The notes under the pieces: generated by a model | Told to the model about the DNA's origin: nothing | Databases searched by the model: none | Seen by the model: the letters and a program-made list of their open reading frames with translations, nothing else | Source: Nitrososphaeraceae archaeon | GTDB lineage: Archaea; Thermoproteota; Nitrososphaeria; Nitrososphaerales; Nitrososphaeraceae | Reading direction: 5' to 3' | Assembly: GCA_035297365.1 (NCBI GenBank) | Contig: DATGZA010000014.1 | Span: 1 to 64,000 of the forward strand | DNA length: 64,000 bases | Position numbers and translations under genes: made by a program | In this document: positions 51,045 to 61,716 of the stretch, one piece after another | Numbering within the stretch: the stretch's first letter is position 1 | Layout of the letters: each line of letters opens with the position of its first letter

Positions 51045-51827
51045 TTATTTTAAGAAACAGATTTTTGGTAGATTTCTCTTATGATGTGTTTTTGAAATTA
51101 AATTCTGAATAAATAACAAATCCTCAATATTGAATCCTATTCCTGGTGGAAGATCATGATTATACTTGTTTCTAGATATGTCCATCATGTTTTCTTTTTC
51201 AAGGAATTTCAAAATCTTATCCATTTTAGAATATTTCATTCCAATCTCTTCCTCTGCTAACTGACCTTGCCACAAAGAGGGACTACTTTTTTTATTTAGA
51301 ATAGAAGAAGGGATATTTAAATATCTTCCCAATTCACGCACTTCAGTTTTATAAAGATCGCCTAATGGAAATATATCAGCTGCACCGTCACCAAACTTAG
51401 TAAAATATCCTATCCCTAGCTCACTTTTATCAGCGGGACCGATTACTAGTAAGTTATTCAGATTTGCATAATAATAAATTATATTCATACGAATTCGTGC
51501 GGTTAGATTTCCAATCGATAGTTGATTTTCTGGTAAAAGTTTAATATAATTTTGTTTGAGATCATTTATATCTATTAAATGGTAACGTATATTTAGTATT
51601 CTTGATATAGATAAAGCATCCTCAATATCTTTTTGAGATGTAACATCTGTATCCGGAATAATTAAGCCTAGAATATCTTTAGTGTCTATTGATCTAGCCG
51701 CTAAATAAACAGCAACACTGGAATCAATTCCGCCACTTAATCCTAAAACAATGCCCTTAGTATCGGAGCTTTTTACTTCTTCTTTTATAAATTGAGAAAT
51801 TCTAATAACAATATCTTCAAAGTCCAA
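51045..51827 (-). CDS. nadE: NH3-dependent NAD+ synthetase
   Basis: GLSGGIDSS, NLTARIRM, GYFTKFGDG, DLYKTEV. Confidence 0.95.
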   Translation of the reverse strand: MDFEDIVIRISQFIKEEVKSSDTKGIVLGLSGGIDSSVAVYLAARSIDTKDILGLIIPDTDVTSQKDIEDALSISRILNIRYHLIDINDLKQNYIKLLPENQLSIGNLTARIRMNIIYYYANLNNLLVIGPADKSELGIGYFTKFGDGAADIFPLGDLYKTEVRELGRYLNIPSSILNKKSSPSLWQGQLAEEEIGMKYSKMDKILKFLEKENMMDISRNKYNHDLPPGIGFNIEDLLFIQNLISKTHHKRNLPKICFLK

Positions 51828-52030
51828 CGTATTGAAATAGGAATAATGACGTGATTATTAAATAGATCTAATTTTACATAAATCTGTTTAAATGTAATAA
51901 AAAGAATTCTCTAACCAGAAATAAAGTATAATCAAACTCTCAGTAAGGTGAAATTAATAATTGAACTTCTTATCAATCGAAGGTAAAGATAAAAAATTTT
52001 AATTAGTGATAGAAAATAAGTATAATACCA

Positions 52031-53095
52031 TTGGCCAAAGCATTTATTAATTCGTATACTAAGGCAGGTGTGAACGTAAAAAAAATACGTTCGGCACAAG
52101 AAAACATAGGAAAAATGATTACAGAATCAAATTCTTACCAAAATATTGGGAAAATATTAAGTGGATTTGGTCATTATTCTGGATTAATTAAACTTGGAAA
52201 TAATGTAATAGCGCTCCATACTGATGGAGTGGGTACCAAAGTACTCATATGCCAAAAAATGAATTGTTTTGACACAATAGGAATAGATTGTATTGCAATG
52301 AATGTTAATGATATTATTTGTACAGGAGCTGAACCATTTGCATTTGTTGACTACATTGCACTAAAATCTGCAAACGAAAAATTACTCAAAAAACTACTAA
52401 AAGGATTAGTTAGTGGAGCTAAGGTTTCAAGAGTTGCGATCGTGGGGGGTGAAACTGCAGTAGTTCCAGAGTTATTATCTGGAGAATCAAATGATGCATT
52501 TGACCTTGCTGGAACTGCCATAGGATTAACTGCTCCAGATAGATTAATTTTAGGCAATAAGATACGAACTGGAGATGTGATATTAGGGATAGAAAGCAAT
52601 GGATTACATTCAAATGGTTTTACACTGGCAAGGAAAGTATTATCAAAATATTCGATAGATGACATTCCAAGATTCTTAACAAAACCAATTGGAGAAGAAT
52701 TACTGTCTCCAACTAGAATTTATGTTAGACCTATAATGGAATTGATAAAAGATAAAAAGATATCTGTCCATGGTCTTGCACACATAACAGGAGGATCCTT
52801 TACAAAATTAAAAAGATTAAATAACAAAGTAAGATTTAACCTTTCAAAACTTCCCAAGATTGAGGGAATTTTTAAACAGATTCAAAGTGATGGAAAAATT
52901 GATGTGAAAGAAATGTATAGAACTTTCAATATGGGGATAGGATTCTGTTTGATTATGTCCAAGAATTCTGTAGATAAGACTACAAGCATAGTTGAAAAAC
53001 ACAAGATGAGGATATTTGATATTGGAGAAATCGATTCTAGTGTAATAGGTAATGTAGTTGGAAAGATAAATGGAAAGAAATATATCTTTGCATAG
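52031..53095 (+). CDS. purM: Phosphoribosylformylglycinamidine cyclo-ligase
   Basis: TDGVGTK, GGETA, SNGLHSNG, AHITGG, TFNMGIG. Confidence 0.97.
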   Translation: MAKAFINSYTKAGVNVKKIRSAQENIGKMITESNSYQNIGKILSGFGHYSGLIKLGNNVIALHTDGVGTKVLICQKMNCFDTIGIDCIAMNVNDIICTGAEPFAFVDYIALKSANEKLLKKLLKGLVSGAKVSRVAIVGGETAVVPELLSGESNDAFDLAGTAIGLTAPDRLILGNKIRTGDVILGIESNGLHSNGFTLARKVLSKYSIDDIPRFLTKPIGEELLSPTRIYVRPIMELIKDKKISVHGLAHITGGSFTKLKRLNNKVRFNLSKLPKIEGIFKQIQSDGKIDVKEMYRTFNMGIGFCLIMSKNSVDKTTSIVEKHKMRIFDIGEIDSSVIGNVVGKINGKKYIFA

Positions 53096-53212
53096 CTTTA
53101 CGTTCCTAATGATTCGACACATTACATTAATCAACCACACCAATTTATTCTTAAAAATCATTAAGATATAACTAAAAATATATAGATATATTATAACGGG
53201 TATTTGACAATA

Positions 53213-54820
53213 TCAAATATATTTTTCTATAATTTCACACGTCCTATCCAATCCCAAATCAACAAGATAATTTCCTAGTTTGGGACCTCGATCGGAATTT
53301 ATCAACATCCGATAGAGTAACTTGAAGAAAACACGTGGTTCAATCTCATGCTTTTTTGATATCTCAAAAATGATGGTTTGTATGTCGTTTGACAGATTTT
53401 CGCTTTCTTTTCCGATTAGATTCTTAAATCTGTTAACTAATTCCATCACAGCATTCTTTTCTTTTTGTTCGATGGAAATTTCGAAAGCATTTTCTGAAAT
53501 CAAGTCATCAGCCCAATTTGAGGCAAGACTTATTTTATTTATTAAATCATCTGTTTTTTCTTCTACTAGTCCATATTTTTTAAGCCTTGAAAAGATATTA
53601 TCAGATCGTCCTTCATCGGTAAAAAGAGATGCCTGCTGCACTAATATCCTGTACGGAATATGTTTAAGACTATTATAAGGAGGATTAAGCTTATTAACAT
53701 ATTCATAAATTCCTTTTAATTTAATCTTTTTAGAATTATTATTTTCCTTAATTTTGTCAAAATAAATATCCTCATAATAATCATATTCGTCCATAAGTGT
53801 TGGAATGTCATCTAATCCGATATGTCTAGTTCCTGAAATCCTCTTAAATAATAATAATAGAATAGACGCCGGCGTACCATATTTCAACCACATTTGAGGA
53901 GTTAAAACATTACCAGTTGATTTACTAATTTTTTTACCTCCCTTATCCAAAAACATCTCATATTTTACGTGCAGTGGATGTGGAAAATTCAATAGCGAAG
54001 TAGATACCCAGTCATTTACCCGTACCGAATCCATAATATCCTTACCGTACGCCTCAAACCGTATATCCAATGCTTTCCATCTTGCTGCAAATTCAACTTT
54101 CCAAGCTAGTTTTCCTTCGCCTTTGGAAATATCAGATTCTCCTTTATGCCCACATCCCAATATTTCTTTTGTTCCAATTTTACTACCAGAACAAGAATAA
54201 AGTACTCTGTGTTCATTGGACAAATATTTTTCAGCACGTGCAACATACAATCTCCCACAATTATTACATACTGGAAAATAAGGTAACACGTCAATATATT
54301 TATCTTGACCTACAAGATCGGATATTTTTTTTCCCAGTAGTTCATTGTTACTGAGAATACAATCAATTTCTCTCGAAAGAATACCACTTTTATACACATC
54401 TGAGGCGCTTTTATAATTAAATTTGATACCTACTTTATCTAGACTGTCTAAAAGAAGACTACTCATGTGTTCACCATATGACTTGTGGCAATTCCCAAAC
54501 GGATCAGGAATTGTTGAAACAGGCTTTGCAATATAATCATCAAGCCAAAGTGGGAAACCGGTTGGAATCTTTCTTAATCCATCCATATCATCTGAATATG
54601 TTATTAATTCAGATTTAAAACCAAGATTGTTTAATGCCAAACCGATCCCGTAGGCACGTACTGCGTCACCCATACTTCCAATATGGGGGGTTCCGGATGC
54701 CCCAAGTCCACTTTCTACTTTTATTAGATCTAAACTCCTTCCCAATTTTTTTTCTCTAATAATTAGCGATTTAGCTACCTTGTCTAACCACGTTCCTTTT
54801 CCTATAACTTTATCTTTCAT
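53213..54820 (-). CDS. lysS: Class I lysyl-tRNA synthetase
   Basis: SGTPHIGS (HIGH-like), KLAWKVEFAARW, KISKS, GPKLG. Confidence 0.95.
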   Translation of the reverse strand: MKDKVIGKGTWLDKVAKSLIIREKKLGRSLDLIKVESGLGASGTPHIGSMGDAVRAYGIGLALNNLGFKSELITYSDDMDGLRKIPTGFPLWLDDYIAKPVSTIPDPFGNCHKSYGEHMSSLLLDSLDKVGIKFNYKSASDVYKSGILSREIDCILSNNELLGKKISDLVGQDKYIDVLPYFPVCNNCGRLYVARAEKYLSNEHRVLYSCSGSKIGTKEILGCGHKGESDISKGEGKLAWKVEFAARWKALDIRFEAYGKDIMDSVRVNDWVSTSLLNFPHPLHVKYEMFLDKGGKKISKSTGNVLTPQMWLKYGTPASILLLLFKRISGTRHIGLDDIPTLMDEYDYYEDIYFDKIKENNNSKKIKLKGIYEYVNKLNPPYNSLKHIPYRILVQQASLFTDEGRSDNIFSRLKKYGLVEEKTDDLINKISLASNWADDLISENAFEISIEQKEKNAVMELVNRFKNLIGKESENLSNDIQTIIFEISKKHEIEPRVFFKLLYRMLINSDRGPKLGNYLVDLGLDRTCEIIEKYI

Positions 54821-55202
54821 TTATAACGCCTCCATAAAGTCTATACGATATAGAACCTGCAAATAATTTTTATATTAACACTATAGTAATTATTTGATTT
54901 CTTCATTAATTTCATAGTGTAGTAGAGAGTATAAAGTTGTTATTCAAACGGATAGCAGATTGTTAAGTTATATTAAGAAAGATCTATTGCTATGTATGTT
55001 CTATTCTAATTTATGGTAATAATTACTTTTAAAAGAACCAGAAGCTTCACCATCGTCTAAATGAATCCTACGTGTTTATATTTTATCATATTTATACCAA
55101 AAATTCGATGAGTATATAAGAATACATCGTTTAATTAACAAGTACTATAAAAAATGTGATTAGAATCTGTTTATTAACTCTAGTATAACAAATAGAAATA
55201 GT

Positions 55203-56801
55203 TTACATTAAAATTTTAGTAACATATGGACCATTTTGAATATAGCCTATTTTTTTATAATATTCTCTTGTTCCTACTGCACTTATAACTGAGATTTTAT
55301 TTACGCAAAATTCTTCTTTTGATATTTTTTCAGCTTCTTGCATTAATCTCAAACCTAAACCTTTGTGTTGATAATATCCATTTTCATTTCTCTGACCAAT
55401 ATCTATTAACTTCCCATAAACATGTAATTCTCTTACTACAGCAGTGGCTTTCAATGGAAGAGAATTATCCTGCAATTCTTTCCTTCTAGGATTAAGTATA
55501 TTTCTTAGTCGCAAAAAACCAAAAATTATTTTATTATCTTTACTTTCCATAGATAAGAATACTTCTTTTCCTCCTGAAGCAAAAAAGTCTATTCTACTCA
55601 ATTTAATATCTTGACAAGATTCGAACATATTTCTTGTCATCATTGGTTCTCTACATCTTATACATTTACAAAACATACCCTCGTCTTTTAATTTTTTAAG
55701 AACAATTTGACGAATATTTCCCCTTCTATTATCATTTACAATATCTGCAGGTTCTATTTCTCTTTGAATTCTCATAATTCGAACCCATGGAGGAATATTC
55801 TTCTTGACTTCCATCAAGATATTTACAATATCATTTTCAGAATAAGGAGAATATTTTCCGCTTTTATATAACTTATATAATCCGGTTCCTTGAAGAACAA
55901 GAGTGGGATAAATTTTTAACATGTCGGGTTTAAAATCAGGATTCTCAAATAGCATCTTAATATTATCTATATCTTTTTCAGGCGTTGAACCAGGTAATCC
56001 TGGCATCATATGACCTACGATTTTATATCCAGCGTCTCTCGATAATTTAAAAGATTCTCTGACATCTAAAAGAGTATGGCCTCTATTTACTAATCGATAG
56101 ACATTATCATCTAAAGCCTGAATTCCTATTTCAACTCTAGTTACTCCCAGTTCTAACATTAAATCTATTTGTTTCTCTTTGCAATAATCAGGTTTAGTTT
56201 CAACAGTAAAGCCTACACATCGATTTTTGGCATGTTCATTAGTTTTTAATGCATTTTCTAATGTAGATGATGGGCAATCGTTTAGAGCATCGTAACATGA
56301 TTTAACAAAATCCTTTTGATATATTTCTGGCATAAATGGAAATGTTCCACCAACTATAACCAATTCAATTTTGCTAATATTGTGACCACGTCTATAAAGT
56401 TGTTCTAATTTTGATTTGACCTGCAAATAGGGATCAAAATCTACGGATTGTGCTATTCGTGTTGCTGGTTCTGTCCCAACATAACTCATGGGAGTATTAT
56501 AATCTACTCCACCAGGACAATATATACATCTGCCATGTGGACAATCATACGGTTTAGGCATCACTGTAATTACTGCGATACCTGATGCAGTTTTAGTAGG
56601 TTTAACAAGTAGAATATCCCTATAACGGTCGTTTGTAGGTAAATAAGATAGTATATCTTCATTCTTCGGAATGATAGAAAGCTTAAATTTAGACGATGCT
56701 GATTTTATTATTTTAAAAATATCTTTTGTAGATAGATCTTTTCTAAGTTGCAATTCTCGTGCTATATACTCACAAGCTTCAAAATAATTATCATATTTCA
56801 A
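55203..56801 (-). CDS. elp3: tRNA uridine(34) acetyltransferase Elp3
   Basis: CPHGRCIYCPGG radical SAM motif, ETKPD, VRELHVYG, QHKGLG GNAT domain. Confidence 0.96.
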   Translation of the reverse strand: MKYDNYFEACEYIARELQLRKDLSTKDIFKIIKSASSKFKLSIIPKNEDILSYLPTNDRYRDILLVKPTKTASGIAVITVMPKPYDCPHGRCIYCPGGVDYNTPMSYVGTEPATRIAQSVDFDPYLQVKSKLEQLYRRGHNISKIELVIVGGTFPFMPEIYQKDFVKSCYDALNDCPSSTLENALKTNEHAKNRCVGFTVETKPDYCKEKQIDLMLELGVTRVEIGIQALDDNVYRLVNRGHTLLDVRESFKLSRDAGYKIVGHMMPGLPGSTPEKDIDNIKMLFENPDFKPDMLKIYPTLVLQGTGLYKLYKSGKYSPYSENDIVNILMEVKKNIPPWVRIMRIQREIEPADIVNDNRRGNIRQIVLKKLKDEGMFCKCIRCREPMMTRNMFESCQDIKLSRIDFFASGGKEVFLSMESKDNKIIFGFLRLRNILNPRRKELQDNSLPLKATAVVRELHVYGKLIDIGQRNENGYYQHKGLGLRLMQEAEKISKEEFCVNKISVISAVGTREYYKKIGYIQNGPYVTKILM

Positions 56802-57027
56802 TATTCATCACATACTCCAAATCGATAATAAGCTGCTTATATTGCCCGCATAAAATAAACATTAGAAAACAAGTAATATAAAGAGGAAACAACAGTTATT
56901 ATATTATTCATATCATAATAAAAATAGTAATAACATATATTTTAAACGTAATAAAGTGTGTTTAGAGTTTTATTAAAAAGATTCTTTGAAATGAATACTT
57001 ATAAGAAATACGATAGCAGAAGGTATT

Positions 57028-57978
57028 ATGAAGGTTACCATATTTTCTCATGAATCCGATCTGGATGGAATAATCTCCGCATCAATTGGAATGATCCGCT
57101 ATCCACAGGCAAAAATCGTCTTTATGGATTATACCAGAGAAAGTTTCATGAAAATGATCAAGGTAATCGATTTTTCAAATAACTCAAGTGAAAACAATTT
57201 ATATATTATTTCGGATCTTGGTCTTAATGATAATTTAATCAATTCATTAAGGGATATTTTTGACCGGGTTAGAACTAGAGAAAATAAAATAATATGGGTT
57301 GATCATCATCCTTGGTCAGCAAATGCCATAAATGAACTGAAAGAAATAATTGAACTGGTTTTGAACAGTTCGGGTAACAGATGTGCTGCTGAATTAATGT
57401 ATGAACGATTTTTACAAGGAAATGAGAATGCAGAGAAATTGGCAAGTATAGCACATACCATGGATTTCTTTACGAAAGACCAATATCTTACTCCAATATC
57501 AGAACTAATTAAATATTATCTAAGTTTTAATGACTCACACACAAGATTAGGTGAATTGAGTATTAAAATCTCGAAGGGAATATTGTGGGATCTAGATATG
57601 GATAAAGATTACAAAAAATACGTACCTCTATATGAGAAGGAAAAAGAATATGCATTAACAGAACTAATAAGAAAAGATATTATGGATTTAGATGTAGTAT
57701 TTGTAAAATCATCACCTTATTTACAAACCAGCCTATTTGCTCAAGAAATTTTTGATATTACTAGAGCTGATCTAGCTATATTTTACGATAAAAATGGAAA
57801 AATAAGTATTAGACGAAGTAATGAAAAAATTGCATGTAATGAAATAGCAGAAAATCTAATTGATGGTGGTGGACATAAATTTGCTGCAGGTGGAAATATT
57901 AAATCCGGACTATCAAATACGGAAGATCTGATTTCTGAGGTAGAAAAATCTATAATAAAAACATTGGTTAAACAGTAA
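57028..57978 (+). CDS. DHH/DHHA1 phosphoesterase
   Basis: HESDLDG, SDLG, VDHH, GGGHKFAAG. Confidence 0.9.
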   Translation: MKVTIFSHESDLDGIISASIGMIRYPQAKIVFMDYTRESFMKMIKVIDFSNNSSENNLYIISDLGLNDNLINSLRDIFDRVRTRENKIIWVDHHPWSANAINELKEIIELVLNSSGNRCAAELMYERFLQGNENAEKLASIAHTMDFFTKDQYLTPISELIKYYLSFNDSHTRLGELSIKISKGILWDLDMDKDYKKYVPLYEKEKEYALTELIRKDIMDLDVVFVKSSPYLQTSLFAQEIFDITRADLAIFYDKNGKISIRRSNEKIACNEIAENLIDGGGHKFAAGGNIKSGLSNTEDLISEVEKSIIKTLVKQ

Positions 57979-58013
57979 TAGCAATAACCGAAAAATGGTG
58001 TAAATTTTAAAAT

Positions 58014-58646
58014 TTGTTGATATTAGAGTGTAATAATAAAAAAGATATAACTACATGTATTTCAATCATCAAACAAGGCGCGGTAGTGGTTTTTCCCACC
58101 GATACAGTTTATGGAATTGGATGTGATCCATATAACGAAGAGGCAATTGAAAGGATATTTAGGATTAAGAGAAGAAGTAAAACCAAACCCCTTCCTATAT
58201 TGACTCATAATATAAAATCAGTAAAAAAAATAATCAAACTGGATAAAATTGGGAGTAAGTTGGCTAAAGCATTCTGGCCAGGACAATTAACCATTATAGG
58301 ACATTTAATAGATGATAATATTCCAAAAACTGTTACTGGTGGAAAGAAATCTTTGGGAGTAAGAATTCCAAACAATTCATGTACTCTGGAACTTCTCAAA
58401 GGTTGTAATTTTCTTTTAGGAACTAGTGCAAATATGTCTAACAAAGTTTCGAACGTTTCTGCTCAACAAATCTTGGAATCTGACCTGAAAGGATATGATG
58501 CGATTCTAATTGGAGACAATAATATATTGAAAAGGAATGTTTTAAGCTCTACAATAGTCGATATTACTGAAAATTCCCTTCAAATCATAAGAGAAGGACC
58601 AGTTAAATCGGAAGATATTTACGAAATCATATCTAGTCCAAAGTAG
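58014..58646 (+). CDS. L-threonylcarbamoyladenylate synthase (single-domain TsaC/YrdC type)
   Basis: PTDTVYG, IKRR...KPL, FWPGQLT, GVRIP, TSANMS, SSTIVD, REG. Confidence 0.93.
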   Translation: MLILECNNKKDITTCISIIKQGAVVVFPTDTVYGIGCDPYNEEAIERIFRIKRRSKTKPLPILTHNIKSVKKIIKLDKIGSKLAKAFWPGQLTIIGHLIDDNIPKTVTGGKKSLGVRIPNNSCTLELLKGCNFLLGTSANMSNKVSNVSAQQILESDLKGYDAILIGDNNILKRNVLSSTIVDITENSLQIIREGPVKSEDIYEIISSPK

Positions 58647-59185
58647 TGGATTTCAACCTAATCATCACAACATATAGACATAAAGAAGAAGAAGCTATTG
58701 AAGAAGCGATAACATTATTTGAAATGGCTGGTGATAGGAATGTTGATTTTGTTATAAGTAAAATCTCTGGGATTGTTTTAGGGTATACAAATCTTGATCA
58801 ATTTGAAATTATGTCTAAATTTAGGAAGATATTGATAGATGAGCCCTGGCAATTCAGATATATTCTAAGAATTATACCAATAGAAAGATCTATTAAAACA
58901 GATCTAAAAACAATTCAAAGAGAAATTGAAAATTTAGTCCAGAAAAAAATATCGTTTAATGATACGTACAGAATTACAGTGGAAAAAAGACACACGGAGT
59001 TAAGTACGAATCAAATAATAAATTATATTGCGAAGGAATTGCAGTTTAAGGTTTCCCTGGATAATCCTGATTGGATTATTTTAATACAAGTGATTGGTAA
59101 TTTAACAGGTATTTCAATAATCAAAAAAAATCAAATTTTTAATTCAGTGATAGAAAAAAGGAATATAGGATTGGAATTTGAATAA
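58646..59185 (+). CDS. THUMP domain protein
   Basis: LRIIPI, YRITVEKRH, VSLDNPD; 1-bp overlap with the upstream stop. Confidence 0.85.
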   Translation: MDFNLIITTYRHKEEEAIEEAITLFEMAGDRNVDFVISKISGIVLGYTNLDQFEIMSKFRKILIDEPWQFRYILRIIPIERSIKTDLKTIQREIENLVQKKISFNDTYRITVEKRHTELSTNQIINYIAKELQFKVSLDNPDWIILIQVIGNLTGISIIKKNQIFNSVIEKRNIGLEFE

Positions 59186-59497
59186 TACAATTTTTCTTGT
59201 GTTTTTTAAACGTTGATGAATATTTTTAACAAATTGCGAGTAAAAACATAATTATAGATCTTTGATAATTTGTTTATCAATTCATTTATAATTTTATTTC
59301 ATCATTTTTATTCTTTATTATCTGGAAAGATATGCGAGTTGATTTTGCCAATCATGCAGATTTAAAAGTATATCGAATCTATTCCATTTGAATTATTGTA
59401 TTTTTAAAATGCTGCGGACAGCATATATAAAAATCTGTTAATAAAGTAATGAAATACATATTTATTGAATTGTCTATTTATTTTGTATTATCAATTT

Positions 59498-60436
59498 ATG
59501 ACTAGGAAAAATCATTTTTTTGCAAAAGATATTGTATCAATCAAAGATTTTTCTAGGGAAGATCTGGAATTTATTTTTCAAGCGACTGACGTAATTAATA
59601 AATCAGGTCCTGATGAAAAAAGCGAATTAGGTAAAGGTAGAACTTTAGGTTATATTTTTTATGAACCTAGTACTAGAACAAGGATGAGTTTTGAAGCAGC
59701 GATGGCATCCCTTGGCGGTAGCTCGATTGGGATTTTTGATTCTAAATTTTCATCGATTGAAAAAGGTGAAAGTCTTGCTGATACTGTAAGAATAATGGAT
59801 TTATATTCAGATATAATAGTTTTAAGACATCCTAGAGACGGTTCAAGCAGATATGCAGCAGAGCTTTCTAATAATCCCATAATCAATGCGGGAAGTGGAA
59901 GCGAAGAACATCCAACACAGGCAATGCTTGATTTATACACCATAAAAAAAGAAAAAGGAAAGATAGATGGTCTAACTATTGGAATAGTAGGTGACTTGAA
60001 ATACGGAAGAACAGTATACTCGTTGTTATATGGATTACAAAATTATAGAGTTAATATTTACCTGATCTCTCCTCCAACACTGAACATAAGAAATGAATCA
60101 ATTTATGAAATTCAGAACAAGATAAAAATAAAACAAGAAAATAATTTAAATGACGTGATTAATAATCTGGATGTTTTATATGTTACCAGAATACAGAAAG
60201 AAAGGTTTCCAGATGTTCAAGAATATGAAAAAGTTAAGGGGACTTATAGAATCGATGAAAAAATCTTGAATAACACAAAGGCAGATTTGTCCATAATGCA
60301 TCCATTGCCAAGATTCGATGAAATATCTCATTCGATTGATGTGTCTCCAAAAGCAATCTATTTCAAACAGGCTGCATATGGTAAAGAGTTGAGAGCGGCG
60401 TTGTTAGCAGTCATATTAAATGAAAATCCGTTTTAG
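59498..60436 (+). CDS. pyrB: Aspartate carbamoyltransferase catalytic subunit
   Basis: FYEPSTRTRMSF, HPTQAMLD, GDLKYGRT, YVTRIQKER, MHPLPR; start refined to ATG 59498. Confidence 0.97.
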   Translation: MTRKNHFFAKDIVSIKDFSREDLEFIFQATDVINKSGPDEKSELGKGRTLGYIFYEPSTRTRMSFEAAMASLGGSSIGIFDSKFSSIEKGESLADTVRIMDLYSDIIVLRHPRDGSSRYAAELSNNPIINAGSGSEEHPTQAMLDLYTIKKEKGKIDGLTIGIVGDLKYGRTVYSLLYGLQNYRVNIYLISPPTLNIRNESIYEIQNKIKIKQENNLNDVINNLDVLYVTRIQKERFPDVQEYEKVKGTYRIDEKILNNTKADLSIMHPLPRFDEISHSIDVSPKAIYFKQAAYGKELRAALLAVILNENPF

Positions 60437-60529
60437 ATTTAGATTATACCAATTACTGTAAGTAATCTGACAATATTTTACTGTCAGGTAATACATTTAG
60501 TCACAATAGCTATTAGATGATATAATTAA

Positions 60530-61615
60530 CATGATGCATCACATTGGCTACTATTTGCACAATATCAAAAACACAATTTGAAAAAATATACAGATTTGAA
60601 CACTATACTAATGTATCTGAAAGAACTCCACTTGTTGTAGGATATGATAAACAGGTTCCTGCAGAGGGGGTAAGAGGTCTTCACAGAAATATAACATGGT
60701 TCTTATTGTTTGAAAAGATACCATGAAGAAGGTATAGAAGAAGCAATTCAGGTACAAGTCGGGCAATCTAGCAGAATTACGTGAAATGATTACCAGAGTA
60801 AAAATTGAAAATCCTCTAGTCAACATCTTACAGATCTAATTGTCAAAACGAGTGAAATTAGATATCCTCGCATATACCGTTTGTTTCACGATTTGGGATT
60901 CGAACAGAAGTACGAAAAAAAGTACTTTAATCACTGCATCTAAAAAAGAGAATGAATGTTTTATAAAATAACATAAAGATATACAACAATAATAACCAAA
61001 ACTGAATCACATTAGTATATACTGATAAATCGATAATCCTCATAGACTTTCTTGTAAGAAGAAAATGATAAAATAAGATAAACGACTAATTGTAAGAGTT
61101 AATCGGTCCCATCAAGATTCAGTCTTATCGTCTACCAGCAGTTTGAAAGGAGACCAGCTGTTTAGACAGTACAACTAATCTGATGCCAACACTTTTTCAG
61201 ATTATCTAAAACAGATTCAGGGGAAATTTCCAAAATGTTATCCCTTCTTGCATATGACAAAAGAACTTCCTTACAGATCAAAAAAGTACTGAAATATTTT
61301 GATAAAGATTCAAAGATTTTGATTCATGTAAGTCAGGCGTCATGATGAATATCAATACACCATCTTTCCAAACTTCATGTCTAGATATTCAAACATTTAG
61401 TTATTTTAGTTGAATGGTCCGACATCAACAAGAGATCTGACTTATATGCCAACAACATCTCTTGAATTCATGATAGTTGAGGTAACGCGAAAACCATACA
61501 AAATGATCTTCCCGTTTTAAATTATTACTAATTCTTTACAGATTTTAGAAGTAAAATATCCAAACATATTAGAACAAAATATTTAACCTGAATATGAGAA
61601 ACTACCCGTTTCAAG
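60530..61615 (+). mobile_element. Degenerate IS630-family transposase remnant
   Basis: N-terminal KRYHEEGIE HTH-like fragment; DDE-region fragments LKGDQLFRQY, TFSDYLKQIQGKFPKCY, LIHV/YMPTTSLEFMIVE, FRSKISKHIRTK, NMRNY; many stops; boundaries approximate. Confidence 0.75.
61331..61442. mobile_element. 112-bp MITE-like insertion inside the IS630 remnant
   Basis: Termini TA-AGTCAG...CTGACT-TA (8-bp perfect, 15/20 imperfect IR including the TA flanks); excision rejoins GTA|TAT ATG CCA ACA in frame. Confidence 0.65.
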
Positions 61616-61716
61616 GTCCAGAAAACACATACTAAGCGGCAAAGTTTATAGAATGAAACAATTTTATGATTTTTTAAATATAATACATAAAAATTTGGAA
61701 AATGATTAATTGTGTG

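Noticed and set aside
60544-60826. ORFs 60544-60726 (+) and 60608-60826 (-) as real genes
   Set aside because: They lie within the IS630 remnant; the plus ORF is a fragment of the decayed transposase.
61342-61440. C-box-like ATGATGA and D-box-like CTGA within the 112-bp insert (possible C/D sRNA)
   Set aside because: Spacing of about 100 nt is too long for typical archaeal C/D guides, no clear internal C'/D' pair is present, and the motifs are part of the terminal inverted repeats.
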